A stretch of 58,968 nucleotides of DNA, the filler included, from Sphacelaria rigidula (taxonomy: Eukaryota), in NCBI GenBank assembly GCA_964200075.2. It is 6 parts of 6 records of this genome, joined end to end, with 100 filler letters (N's around TTAATTAATTAA, not from the genome) between each part and the next. Parts side by side here need not be neighbours in the genome. Positions count along the whole stretch, not along the records: positions 9,847 to 19,592 come from CAXNAA020007854.1; positions 19,693 to 29,437 come from CAXNAA020007855.1; 4 more parts are not named here. One strand, given 5' to 3'. Shown here in pieces: positions 9,847 to 20,849 of the stretch. The notes beneath the pieces are model-generated. The model ran no database searches. It had not been told where the DNA came from and saw only the letters and a list, made by a program, of their open reading frames with translations. Within the stretch, counting starts at the first letter, position 1. Every line of letters begins with the position of its first letter. A program made the position numbers and the translations under genes.

Positions 9847-12030
9847 CGTGGGACACCCGGTTGGAAGTACTGGGATGGGTGATTGATACTGAATCCCTGT
9901 CGATCTCGCTGTCAGAGGCAAAAATCTCAAGATTGCAAAAGCTGGTGTTGCAATGGCCTCGGGATCGCAAGTGTGCAGCAGTGAGAGGCATTCCGCCGTT
10001 GACCGGTTTCCTGCTACACGCCTCCTACGTTTCGCGTCGGGGGAAGTTTTTTGTACACCGTGTAATGCGCGAGAGGACCGCGTGTTTGGAGGACCGCATC
10101 GGAATTTGAACATCCCTATGGTTATGGTTGGGGTTAGGGTTAGTGCTAGGGTTGTGGTCAGGGGCGTGGTACCTGCAGGGACTGGCCCGATTGGTTTTGA
10201 AAACCGTCGATCCTGAGGTGTTTTGAATTACGGCGCGGTCCTCTAAGCACGCGATCCTCTCACGCATTACACACCGCATGCTCGCATCGGCGGGGGTGCG
10301 CCGCCCCTCCTCGTCCCGTGTTGTAACGGGGGATGATTTTCAAAAGAGGGCGGCGACGAAGTCACGAGTGATGGTTTTGAGCCCGGAGTTTCACGATGAT
10401 TTAGACGTATGGCGTTGGCTGGTCAGTGACGGTTTGTCACGGGATGGAGCAGTATCATCGTCCCCGGTGTACCGATTGGTGTTGCGCCCACCCACGCTGT
10501 CCTTGCTTTCGGACGCATCGGGTGCTGCGGTTGGCGGATATTGTCTGCAGTCGGGCTTGTGGTGGCGTTATGATATGTCCGATGAGGAACGTTCTGACTT
10601 TAAAGCTGATACGGTGCACTCGGAAGAGGACATCTTCATCAATATCCTGAAACTGTTGGGTGTGGTCATGTCGGCGTGGGTGATATTTATTCTTGGTGGG
10701 ACACGGCCACGGCATCGCGCTGATTGTGTGCTGTTACGTGGAGACAATTCAGTCGCCGTGACTTGAGTAAATAAGTGCAGAGAGGGGAAGGAGCCGCGAT
10801 CGGGCGCTCTGATGCGTATGCTTGGCATATTGGAAATAGCGTCGGGATGAGTGTTTGAGGCGAAGCACGTGCCGGGGATATTGAATGAATGATGTTGCTG
10901 ATGGTATTTCGCGATGGACAAACAAACGCATCTCCGCTAACCTCTCGTCCCTCCCTCTCGGTGTTCAATGGCATCTGCAGGACATCGGGACAGAGGGGAA
11001 GCATCTGTGTTCATGCATTTGGTCCGCGGGCTTATCTGAAATGCCATTGAGCCGTCGTCTGCGAGAACTTACGAAGGATATCGTGGTTCCTGGGTTAAGC
11101 TCCGGCGAGAGATGAACCGATTCGTGTTTTTTTAGTGATCGTGATGAGGCGATACATAACGTGTGTTCATTGATTGAGTAAATTGGTTATGCTTGTGCAC
11201 AGAAAGGGTTGCGGTCGAACACCGTGGCAAGTCATTCAGCTGCAGTGGTATATTTCCATCAAACGGAGAGGGCTGTCGACTTGGATATTCATCACTCGTT
11301 ATTTCAAAATGCATCGATGTGATTGATTCGTAGTCACGCTGTGAGAGGACCACAGCAGCAGCGAGTTAACGTCCGGTGGCGTCGTCAGTGCTCATGGACG
11401 GGGAACGTCTATCGCTTGGATGGCGTCCAGCTGCCCGCGTGCTGTGGCTGAGCTTGTGTGCATTCCTTTTCGATTTGACGAGGTCTTCCGAGATGTTTGC
11501 GGATTATGTTAATTCTCATCACCCACTTTACTGTCTGCGCACAACGGATGTAGCCTTTTTTCAAGGGACGGACGCAGTTGCATCTACCTGAGTGGGGTAC
11601 AGCAGACCGGGTGGAAGTGCGATTCCGAGCTTCCAAAGGAGATCAGTTACGAGTCAGTCGAAATGGAGTAACGCGCGTTCGCGAGGGTCCTGCCTTGGCA
11701 TTTCATGTAGGGGGTGGGGCAGTCGCGCTGATGACTGAACTAATGTCTCTTTCGGATTCGTACCCCGCTGAGGCCCCGCTCATGACGTATGATGCGCGGT
11801 ACCCCGGGGAATTAGTGGTGTGGAATCGGTATGATGCGGTGGCAGCGCTACGGCAAGTGGTGGCGTTGGCTGGGCTTCCGCCCGCAGAGTACGCGTTACA
11901 CTCTTTGCGTGTTGATGGCGCCCCCCACTTGTCGGCAGCAGGAGTGTCCCCAGAGATGTTGCAAAAGAGGATAGATGAAAATCGGACGCATACAAGTCAT
12001 ACGTCCGGGCTAACGACGCCGGTTGCGGCC
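9847..12030 (+). mobile_element. Degenerate tyrosine-recombinase (DIRS-order) retrotransposon: RT end, RNase H, YR
   Basis: LEVLGWVIDT (RT end); LSDASGAAVGGY, INILKLLG, LRGDNSVAV, KHVPG..DVADGISR (RNase H); VRFRASKGDQ, YALHSLRV, SDAYKSYVR (YR). Multiple stops and frameshifts. Confidence 0.9.
10061..10271. mobile_element. 211-bp TGT...ACA MITE with 5-bp TSD (CACCG) inserted in the YR element
   Basis: 37-bp TIRs (33/37 match). CACCG on both sides. Removing the element and one TSD restores the frame KFFVHRMLASA. Confidence 0.9.
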
Positions 12031-15000
12031 TAGAAAAGCACACACGGAATGAAAAATTGGCTTAGTTGACGAGAATGATCGAAGCCACCCTTAATCAGCG
12101 CTCTTCTCTCAATCTCACGAAAACGTTGTTGGAACACGTTTCACGCTTTACGCACGCTGTTATGCTTGTCAATGACGTAGAAACGCTATCAACTCATCAA
12201 TGCGGATAATCCACACACATTAGCGCCCACCCTTGAAAACCCAAAGGTGAAGCATGAATTGGAGAATCGATGGTGGAATTGGGGGACTTCTGGATCAGCC
12301 CCTCCATTGTCCTCAGGCTACATATTCCATCGTGTATCCCGCTCACCTTCCTCATGATGCGAGTATTCAACGGACAGAAGATCGACGACATGCGTGCTGA
12401 TTGGCAAGACAGAGATCGGCAAAAGTTTTCTCTTCGGGAATAACAAACAATTGTTTAATAAATATGATTCGTCGATTGAACAAATTTACCGAAAGAAAAG
12501 GATAGTCGTAGCAGTAGGATATGATCCTGATGTGGAGCAAACTGACCCGATCCCTGACTCTGCTATATGTATCTCCGCAGAGAACGTTCACAACAAACAA
12601 AGCAAGCAGGAGGCACGAAGGCACGGAGGGCGAGAATGGTCAATAAATCTGCCAGCGCTGTCACTTCTTCGTTCCTGAAATGAACCGGTGAGATGAACCC
12701 CCGTGTCACTCGAACAGCGCGTTCTGCACCCATTTCTCCACCTTCACTTCGATCACGCCACACGAAACACCTCGACACGTACATACCTGCAGTCTACGCA
12801 AAAGTGAGCAGCGATAGCTGCATGCACTCCTGCGGGGCCGCAGTCCACGAAACAGGCACAGTATTTATAGTCCCGCACCCACCGCCGAACAACAGACTCG
12901 CCACCTAGGCAGCACGAGATCAAGACATGAAAGTAACTGACGGAGGGTCGAGCACCACTTTACCCCGGCACCCAGACCGACGTCGACAGACGTGAAAACA
13001 CATAGTACCACAGTCAACCCATCAAGTCCCCACCACCATTATCATCATCGCGCACTCCGCGTCATCACAACTCATGTCCTGCCCTAGCAGACGAGAGCTC
13101 ATCCCTCAAGCGTATAATGTACCAGGGGAAGAGCAACACTCATGGGTATTCTACGAATCAATGGTCATTCCGTAGCTCTCGTGTGGTGCCAGAGCGACAG
13201 TAGAGGGACTGAATCGGCCAGCTTCTATCTTCTCTGAGAGTCGGGGCGACCCGTGCTACTCGACACGGGAGACCGTCATTCCGCAGAACACAACTGTGGT
13301 ACAATCGCGACAAAAAATATCGCTCGATACGTACGGATGTGTATACCCTACTACTGTACAGAATGGCCGCGACTTCATGCGGCGAAAGATACAAAACGAG
13401 CACATCCGATTCAACCACCTCTGGAAACGGGTCGTTCACGACTCAACTGACCAAGCCATTTTGCGAGGATCACTCAATCTCAAAGAAGCCGAAAACCGAA
13501 ACCCTCTAGTATGTTCTGTGATTTTGCGGTCCACCGCTGACGATTTTCTCTATGTTTACACTCCTGTTTGTACCCCCATATAGGGTTTTGTGAACGGCGC
13601 TAGTACCTACGACAGATTTGCAGCCCCCACCAAGTCAGGAACTCCTGTGGGGGGAAATAAAGACAAACGTCGAGAAGTGTACTTGATGGCAAATCTTACC
13701 CGACACAAGCCAAACCATCTGTATCTAGGTTTGACGATTTCGTCTTTGCATCTGCATCAGAGACAACCAAAACGATGCGTCAACCAAAAGATCGAACAAC
13801 CTTTGCGTTAAAACCGTTTTTCGACGCGGGAGGGGATTGGGGGGCGGGCGTAATCCCAGTGCAAACATACGGTATACGTGTCCCTCTCAGCAACGAAGTC
13901 TAAACAACCAATCGTGTTGACGACTCACGCCACCATAGCGTGCATCCATCTACAAAACGACGATCAAGAACCCAAAGATGTTGGATTTGGTACACCGCCC
14001 ACTCAATGCCACCTTAGCCTCAAACGCAGAAACGAACAAAACAGGATACCCCAGCTCCCCCCTCCCAGCCTCAATCCGCTAGTAGCACGTCACAGCGGAG
14101 CAAGGAGGGACGGAGGAGGGGGACAGGGGACTTCATGAACACCGTACGTGGAGCGTACTACCATGCTCTTCGACTCACTTCGTCAAACAAGAGGACGAGC
14201 CAATCCATCGCACAAGAGAGCCATGACGTGCGCTACACCTCCTGTTTTGCCCAGCGTGGTATATCTGAACAAAATATCAGCGCTCGCTCGCGCGCAAGGC
14301 GCACGAAGGGATAAAGGGATGGAACTGGGCTCACGTCATCCGTTCTCCACCTGTTTCTCACCACGCCCATTGTCCAGGAGAAGCGTAGACTTTTGTGTGA
14401 GGACACAATGCCAAGATGAACACACGTCAACACATACACTAAGTGTTTACGCCGGGAACGTCATCACCCCGCACATGAGCTTTTTACGGCCAACCGCTGG
14501 GCCGCTGTTGACCTGCTGCTATCTGGAATGCAATGGAGGGTGCTCCGTGACGACATCGCTACCGAGAGCGCCCCTCCAACGAAACCCCTTCATTGTGGTA
14601 TACCTCACGCACTGCGCTGCTTGATTTCCATCAAGAAACGCATGCACTCAACTAAGCGAAATAAATGCAAAGACTATCTACATGCCCATGAGGACGAATA
14701 CGTACACGATTCCGTCCAACACTCTACAGTCCGTGCAGTGGACTGCATATCCCGACGCAAGGTACAATCCTCCACGAGACGATAGAAAATAGGCGGATCG
14801 CGGTGTGGAAAGATCCCACAGCCGGCCGGTGAAGATTATACATCCTCTCTACGAAGTCGGATCCGCACCGAACGGGTGTTTTCAAGCGTGCGTCGGGGCA
14901 GAATGCCGCCAGTAGCCCTTCCCTTCCAAACACGATCAAGGTAAGCGGGTACCGCACCCTAATGCAACCCGAGGTTCCAGGTGGACGCAGTACCTGAGTA

Positions 15001-15478
15001 TTCGAGGCTAACCCAGGCAACGAGCTAAAATACATATACGCCTGCTGTGGAATTCCGCGGTCCCTGCCTCCAAAAGCAGGGAACGCGTACCCGCACCCGT
15101 CCCTCGTCCCGACAATTACGGACCCTTTTCGAGACGTATCTTACACGACAAAAAAAGACGGCGTCTCACACTCATGGAACTCATGGAATTGTATACTGAA
15201 GTAGCCGTACCGATCCACCCCAATTATGACACCACCCCGTTAAAAGCTTGCGGAGCTTGGCAGAATGAAAAAAATATCAAGTTCTCGCGCCAGCCGCATA
15301 ATAGCGCCCTCTCATAATAACCATTCATCACCGGCGTACCACGGACTAATATGCCAGCACACCACCGTCGCGGGGACAAGTCACGACGCGTTTGATCACA
15401 TGCACATATACGGAAGCATGTGCCCCGTCTCTTCAGAGTACAGAGTTGTCCCGACGAAGGAATGGAGGGCAAAGAAGC

Positions 15479-15604
15479 TTAGTACTCGTACACGTTCATG
15501 GCGTTGCGGCCACCGCAAGTGTCCTCGGCGTCGCCAGCGCAAGCCATGTTGCAGCCGGTCGAACTGCCGTGCCTTTCGTAGTCGGGGTCGTCTCCGCAGA
15601 AGCA
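15479..15604 (-). CDS. WSC protein terminal exon (CFCGDDPDY...CGGRNAMNVYEY*)
   Basis: CAG acceptor, WSC C-terminal half, TAA stop. Confidence 0.92.
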   Translation of the reverse strand, partial: CFCGDDPDYERHGSSTGCNMACAGDAEDTCGGRNAMNVYEY

Positions 15605-15860
15605 CTGCGGAAAGCGGACACGAAATATGCGGAAGACACGATTGGAATATGACAAACCAGGGCGGGGGTTGGACAATGACGTGGGTGAAGGGGTATCCAA
15701 CACACGGGGGACTACCCTTTTGTTTCCCCTGATCGGCAGATCACATGATACTGATGCAGATTCAAGAAGCCCAAACGTGGAAGTTCGAACGAAGTTTCGA
15801 GTAAAATACGGACCAAAGCCACCTGGTCGAATCCCTCCAGCCCCCAGCCCCCGCGCCCCC

Positions 15861-15960
15861 CCTCCCAACGGGATTTTTGCTCCGTCTCGAAAGTAATGCG
15901 TGGTCAATGGTGGAGAGAGCAAGGCAAGCAAAATATGAGTACGCCTCCCCAACGGGATTT
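15861..15960 (-). repeat. Poly(G)-headed repeat family copy flanked by ~16-bp direct repeats
   Basis: CCTCCC(C)AACGGGATTT at 15861 and 15944 brackets the family core. Confidence 0.75.
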
Positions 15961-15995
15961 CTCATACGAATACATTTCTCCAACAGTCGTCTCAC

Positions 15996-16052
15996 CTCCT
16001 TGCTGAACTGGGTCCCGTAGAATGCGCTACCGATGCAGAGAGACTCGCAAAG
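15996..16052 (-). CDS. WSC protein 57-nt exon (LCESLCIGSAFYGTQFSKE)
   Basis: TAG acceptor, GAG|GTGAGA donor. Paralogous to 18680-18736. Not in the ORF track. Confidence 0.9.
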
Positions 16053-17299
16053 CTATTTCGCCCAGAGGAAAGCACAGAAAGAATACGTGCGTCGGAGGGA
16101 GGAGGGCATGCGGGCGGAAGGGGAGGGGGGGGGGGTCACGGTTAATCGGGGATGGTTGTACTTCGCACAACGCAGCTGTCTACACCAAACNNNNNNNNNN
16201 CTCTACTCAGAATACGGCCGGTAGACCTCAATGTCTTGATAAACAATCTCGGGGGGGGGGGGGGGGGGGGGCGGCATGAATACCTTTGACTCGATTTCGT
16301 CGCTTGAAATCGAATTCCACCATAGATATTTGCTTCAACCACGGCAGCACGAAACAACCACCACAATATTTTGACGAATGTTTTGTCATGATACACGAGC
16401 GTTGTGTCCGGTTTCCGATGGAATGGGAAAAAAATCTCACAATCCAAATCACGCACGCACCCAACAGTATAAATCCAACTCACATCGTCGAACTCAACGA
16501 TCATCATTTTGCCCCGTTTTTTTTCCATCGGTACAACTAAGGCACAGCCCGCAAGGAACCCTTGACACACCATTTCTTTCACTGTTCCGTGTCAGGTTCC
16601 TTGTGGTGGTTGATTTTCCGGCAAATGGGAGTTCTGAGGTTTACGTCGACGTTCGTGTACTCCGCAAATTTACCGTGGGGATCATTAATCTCCTGAATTG
16701 GAGTCTTGGAACCCTAGATGCCGCCAGATTGTGCCACAGCTTGAGCCGTTATGATGGACCACCCTCTCATATCTCGCAAGGGTGCTAGACGTGTGGGGTA
16801 TCTCCCAGTTTTCATTTCTAGCGCGGTGAAAAGGGAAGGGGGGTACTGCTGGCTTTGGACGAATGTAATAACGTAGCGGTACGCCTGCCCGTATCAGAAA
16901 GAGCCGGGGGGGTTTCCGGGTTGTTCCGATTCGGGTCCCGAAATGCGATGATTGAAAGACCTTCGTTTTTTTTCCAGAAAGCCGTAATACAAATCTCAAC
17001 CCTAAGCCCACACGACGACAGACCGAGGCAGTTTGGGCAAGGGGGAAGTGCACAAGGTATCCTCGGCATAGACTACGTACTCAGCCCCAAGAAACCCAAG
17101 AAGGTGGGCGTGGGGGTGGTTGACAAACAAGTATGAGGAGCCAAGCAGGTGCCAGACATCTATTGCACAAGATTGGGGAGGGGGGGCTCTGTAAAACCAA
17201 ACAAGTAGAAGGAAAGACCATCATGTTGCTGTGTTGCCTGTCTCGCCACTTCTTGGAAACAAAGTCACCCGTCCCTCTAGTGTTCTGAGACAGTATTAC

Positions 17300-17533
17300 C
17301 TCGGTGGTCATGTCGTCACTGCTCTCGAAAATAGCCCCGAAGATCCGATCCGAGCTCAAGTCGGTCCAGCAGCCCCTGGGAGTAGCATCGGTGATGTCAA
17401 TGATGACATCGTTGGTGTAGACACTGATGGCGTTGCGCCCACCACAGATCTCACTCGAGTCGCCGGCGCAAGCCATGTCGCACGTGGCGTCGCCCAGTGC
17501 GTCAGGGTCATCACCGCCCTCACCGCAGAAGCA
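17300..17533 (-). CDS. WSC protein exon (CFCGEGGDDP...CGGRNAISVY...GCWTD...MTTE)
   Basis: WSC motifs. CAG acceptor, GAG|GTAATA donor. 234 nt, phase 0. Confidence 0.92.
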
Positions 17534-17929
17534 CTGCATGTGTGTTAAAACGCCAATTTTATACGAACACAAGACACATCAACCGTCGAAAGTCAACATG
17601 CAGCTTGTACAATTATGTATCACGACTATCATGTTCGTCACACTAGCCCGATATCTCGAACCCGTGGTCACAGAGTGCAAGGCGCATATTCCACCCATAC
17701 CCATATGTCAAACAGCCCCCCGCAGAGGAAGGCAAGAAACAAAACATCTACACGAAAAAGGGCACCTACACCACGGTAGATCCGTAAACAATACTACAAC
17801 TATACTTCCGAGTATCGTCATCCTACCCGCCTTGGATTCACCTCTTGGAAAAAAAATCTCTCTCCCACCTCGCGCAAGCTTCCCCGAAACTCCCACTCAT
17901 GAGATATCTGCATCAGTTTAAGCTTTCGA

Positions 17930-18310
17930 TGAGGATGAGAACCCGGAGAATTGAAATATTCGTATCCACTCCAAATTTCGAAATATAGTTCCACTCCTTC
18001 ACCTACTGGTTGCTATTGACAACTATTATATTACACATCACACGAATTCGGATTTCGATAACCGAAATGTTGGGGTCCGAGGTGAAAAAAGCAAAATTGG
18101 GAGTTTAGATGATCCGATCAGATCGCGGAAATTCTCCAAAAGTGGTTTTTCACCTCGGACCCCAACATTTCGGTTATCGAAATCCAAATTCGTGTGATGT
18201 GTAATATAATAGTTATCAATAGCAACCAGCAAGTGAATAAATGGAACCATATTTCGAAGATTTGGTGTGGATACGAAGATATGTTTAATTCTCCGGGTTC
18301 CCCATCCTCA
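17930..18310. mobile_element. Intronic foldback element / long inverted repeat
   Basis: ~160-bp arms (17930-18089 and 18146-18310), near-perfect in the inner ~90 bp, ~55-bp loop. Confidence 0.9.
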
Positions 18311-18679
18311 AAAACAAATATCTCCAATTCGTAGAATCCGTTGTCCTCAACGAAAGGTTGCGCTCAGGAAGAAGTGGCGCACAATTTCGAACCTAGTCGA
18401 TTGTTTTGAGATGCAGTAGTTAAGCCATTAACAGCCACGCCGAAAAACACTCCCCCCCCCCCCCCCCCCCCCTCTTTTTTTTCTTACACTGTCTGTGTTG
18501 AGAATAGTAAAGAAANNNNNNNNNNTCCCAACCTTTGTGATTGTTTTGGGATGAAGGAGGGCTGCCACACAGCGGCACGCCGAAAAACACCCCCCCCCCC
18601 CCCCCCATCGTTTTTTTTTCACGTCATCTACTGGTGGTGAAGTAAATAATGACGTCCTTCGTGGCCATGCTCCCCTCAC

Positions 18680-18736
18680 CTCGTTTCCGAATTGAGTTCC
18701 GAAGAAGGGTACGTCACCACAGAATGCCGAACAAAC
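18680..18736 (-). CDS. WSC protein 57-nt exon (VCSAFCGDVPFFGTQFGNE)
   Basis: CxxxC..FGTQ..E core of WSC. CAG acceptor, GAG|GTGAGG donor. Confidence 0.92.
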
Positions 18737-19236
18737 CTGCACATAACCACACACAAATAATATGTGTAAAAGACGGACGAAAGGGAGGGGTATAGAGAGG
18801 GGTCAAAAAAATAACGAGATTTGATCCAGGGCATGCACGTGTGAATACCGCCGTATCGACAGGGGAAAAAAGGAAGAAAAATAGACGCACAAGCGTTCGT
18901 TAGGATTCACCCAGCATTCACGTTGGTGACACCGATGAGATGACTGTGGATGCTTACTGGGCAGAAGCTCCCCGGTTCAAATCCCGTCCCAGCCTCCCCA
19001 CGCCTTCTCCCAAGCGACGCAACAAAATGTGAAGACAGAAACCCCTCGAGGATAGGCGAACATCGAAAACGTCGTAACGTTGGCGGGTGATCAGCAAACA
19101 GGATCCACCACCACCAGAACAAAACACCAGGAAGAGTTCTTATGGGATAAGAAACACGTGCACGTTTCCGTTCACCATTCGGCTGATAACCAGCCACGGC
19201 TACGCTCTCAAAAATAATCATCATAAGTGCATTTAC

Positions 19237-19461
19237 CGCGGCGGTCATGGTCGAATCCCTTTTCTTGGAAGGTCCAGTCAGCACGCGTGCGCTCGACGAG
19301 TCCGCAAAACACCCCAAAAACTCGTACTCGCTGTCGAACTCGTAGATGTTCATCGCGTTCCGTCCACCACAGGTCTGAGAATCATCGCCGGCGCAGTCGA
19401 ATGTGCAGTCAGTGGACTCGCCAAGCTCGAAGGGATCATCCCCTTCCGCGCTGCAGAAGCA
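19237..19461 (-). CDS. WSC-domain repeat protein exon (CFCSAEGDDP...CGGRNAMNIY...GCFADSSSARVL...MTAA)
   Basis: WSC motifs CxC, CAGD...CGG and GCFxD. CAG acceptor, G|GTAAAT donor. 225 nt, phase 0. Confidence 0.92.
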
Positions 19462-19592
19462 CTGTGATGAGAGGACGCGGACCGGCGCGCAAGGAAAGGG
19501 GGGGGGGGGGGGGGGGGGGGAAAAAAACCCCCGGGGGTTCCGGGGATTCCGCTCAGGAAAGGGGGACAACCAACCTTAATTATTTTTTTTTT

Positions 19593-19692
19593 NNNNNNNN
19601 NNNNNNNNNNNNNNNNNNNNNNNNNNNNNNNNNNNNTTAATTAATTAANNNNNNNNNNNNNNNNNNNNNNNNNNNNNNNNNNNNNNNNNNNN
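19593..19692. other. Artificial contig linker
   Basis: N44-TTAATTAATTAA-N44. Confidence 0.98.
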
Positions 19693-19799
19693 CAAGCAGA
19701 ACAAATTTGGACAATCTTTGAGAAACTGAGAAATTACGGATTCTGCATACTTCTGACGCTGACTACTGTAGAGTCTCGCTTGTCTGTAGCTCTCCTTAC

Positions 19800-19868
19800 C
19801 GCGGGTGGAAGAGACATGTCTCCATGACGAAGCACCGTGTGGTCGTCTTTGAACTCAACGGTTGGCGC
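19800..19868 (-). CDS. Probable next exon of the F-box gene (APTVEFKDDHTVLRHGDMSLPPA)
   Basis: T-rich tract with CAG acceptor, G|GTAAGG donor, phase 0. Plausibly continues DPWYRNEK with an FxxD motif. Confidence 0.65.
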
Positions 19869-20036
19869 CTGTGCATTCACGCAATAAAACGAGCAACCGA
19901 AAAAAAAATAATAAGGACATATATACATGCTCCGCATCCTTCGGACGCCAGGACAGGGGTCAGCGGGGTATTATAATTTCAATCTTCAAGTGGCCATGAT
20001 GCTGGATGCTGATTCACCCAATGACCCACCCCTTCA

Positions 20037-20103
20037 CGGTCAAACGACTAAGGCAAGCAACAAATGAGTACGCCCCCCCCGCCCCCCCCCCCCCCCCCCC
20101 CCC
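20037..20103 (-). repeat. Poly(G)-headed dispersed short repeat copy
   Basis: Reverse complement of GGGGGCGTACTCATTTGTTGCTTGCCTTAGTCGTTTGACC. Confidence 0.85.
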
Positions 20104-20849
20104 GCCTCCCCGCCCCACCCAGGGCCGCACACACGCCCCCAGCCCNNNNNNNNNNTTTCATCCGAGCAAACCTACATCACCGCGTAAAAAATACACAACA
20201 ATCAATACATTATGTCTCCTACCCCCCCCCCCCCCCCCAACGGTCAAGGGGTTGACGCACATTTCTTCGGCTCAGCAGAGCACTCACTACGCTGCTCGAA
20301 ACGCCTGCAGAAAAAATCTCGAAAGTGACGGAATGAGGAAACCGCAGAGGATCGTCTTCATAAGACGTCGGCAAATTGCTGTACGAGTAGTAACTAACCT
20401 TGGAGGACCGGCCACGTCCAATTGGAGTTTGTCAATGTTAAAACCTCTTCCGAAGAACCTGACGCCGACTGCAGCCGCGCATCCGACTGAAAATACTCAG
20501 TGTAAAACCGGAAAAAAACAGCCAATGCACGCCGTCATGTCCCAGCTATATTTCACGGAGGATAAGTGCCTCAAGTGATGAGACAACTGCCGATTCTTCC
20601 CGAGACATTTCAACCACTATGCTGGTGTTACGTTAGAGGATGTTTCTTAGGGCCAACACTTTTCCGACAAAACCAGATTCCGCCTAGACAAAAACAATTG
20701 ATCGGAAATGGTAGGGAAAACGCCAGCCGACATGCACGAGGCAGCGCAACGACTTTTTGTTAGTGCTCCTAAACGTTTTTTTCGGGTCGAACCACGGGGA
20801 TTCTTCCTCAAACTCAAGTCGCCTTCCTCGAACGTTGCTTGGGGTCCCC

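Noticed and set aside
13200..13440. Possible copia RNase H relic (EHIRFNHLWKRV)
   Set aside because: Only one vague motif.
18436..18620. Duplicated CACGCCGAAAAACAC-poly(C) on both sides of a 10-N gap
   Set aside because: Probably a scaffolding overlap artefact at a homopolymer.
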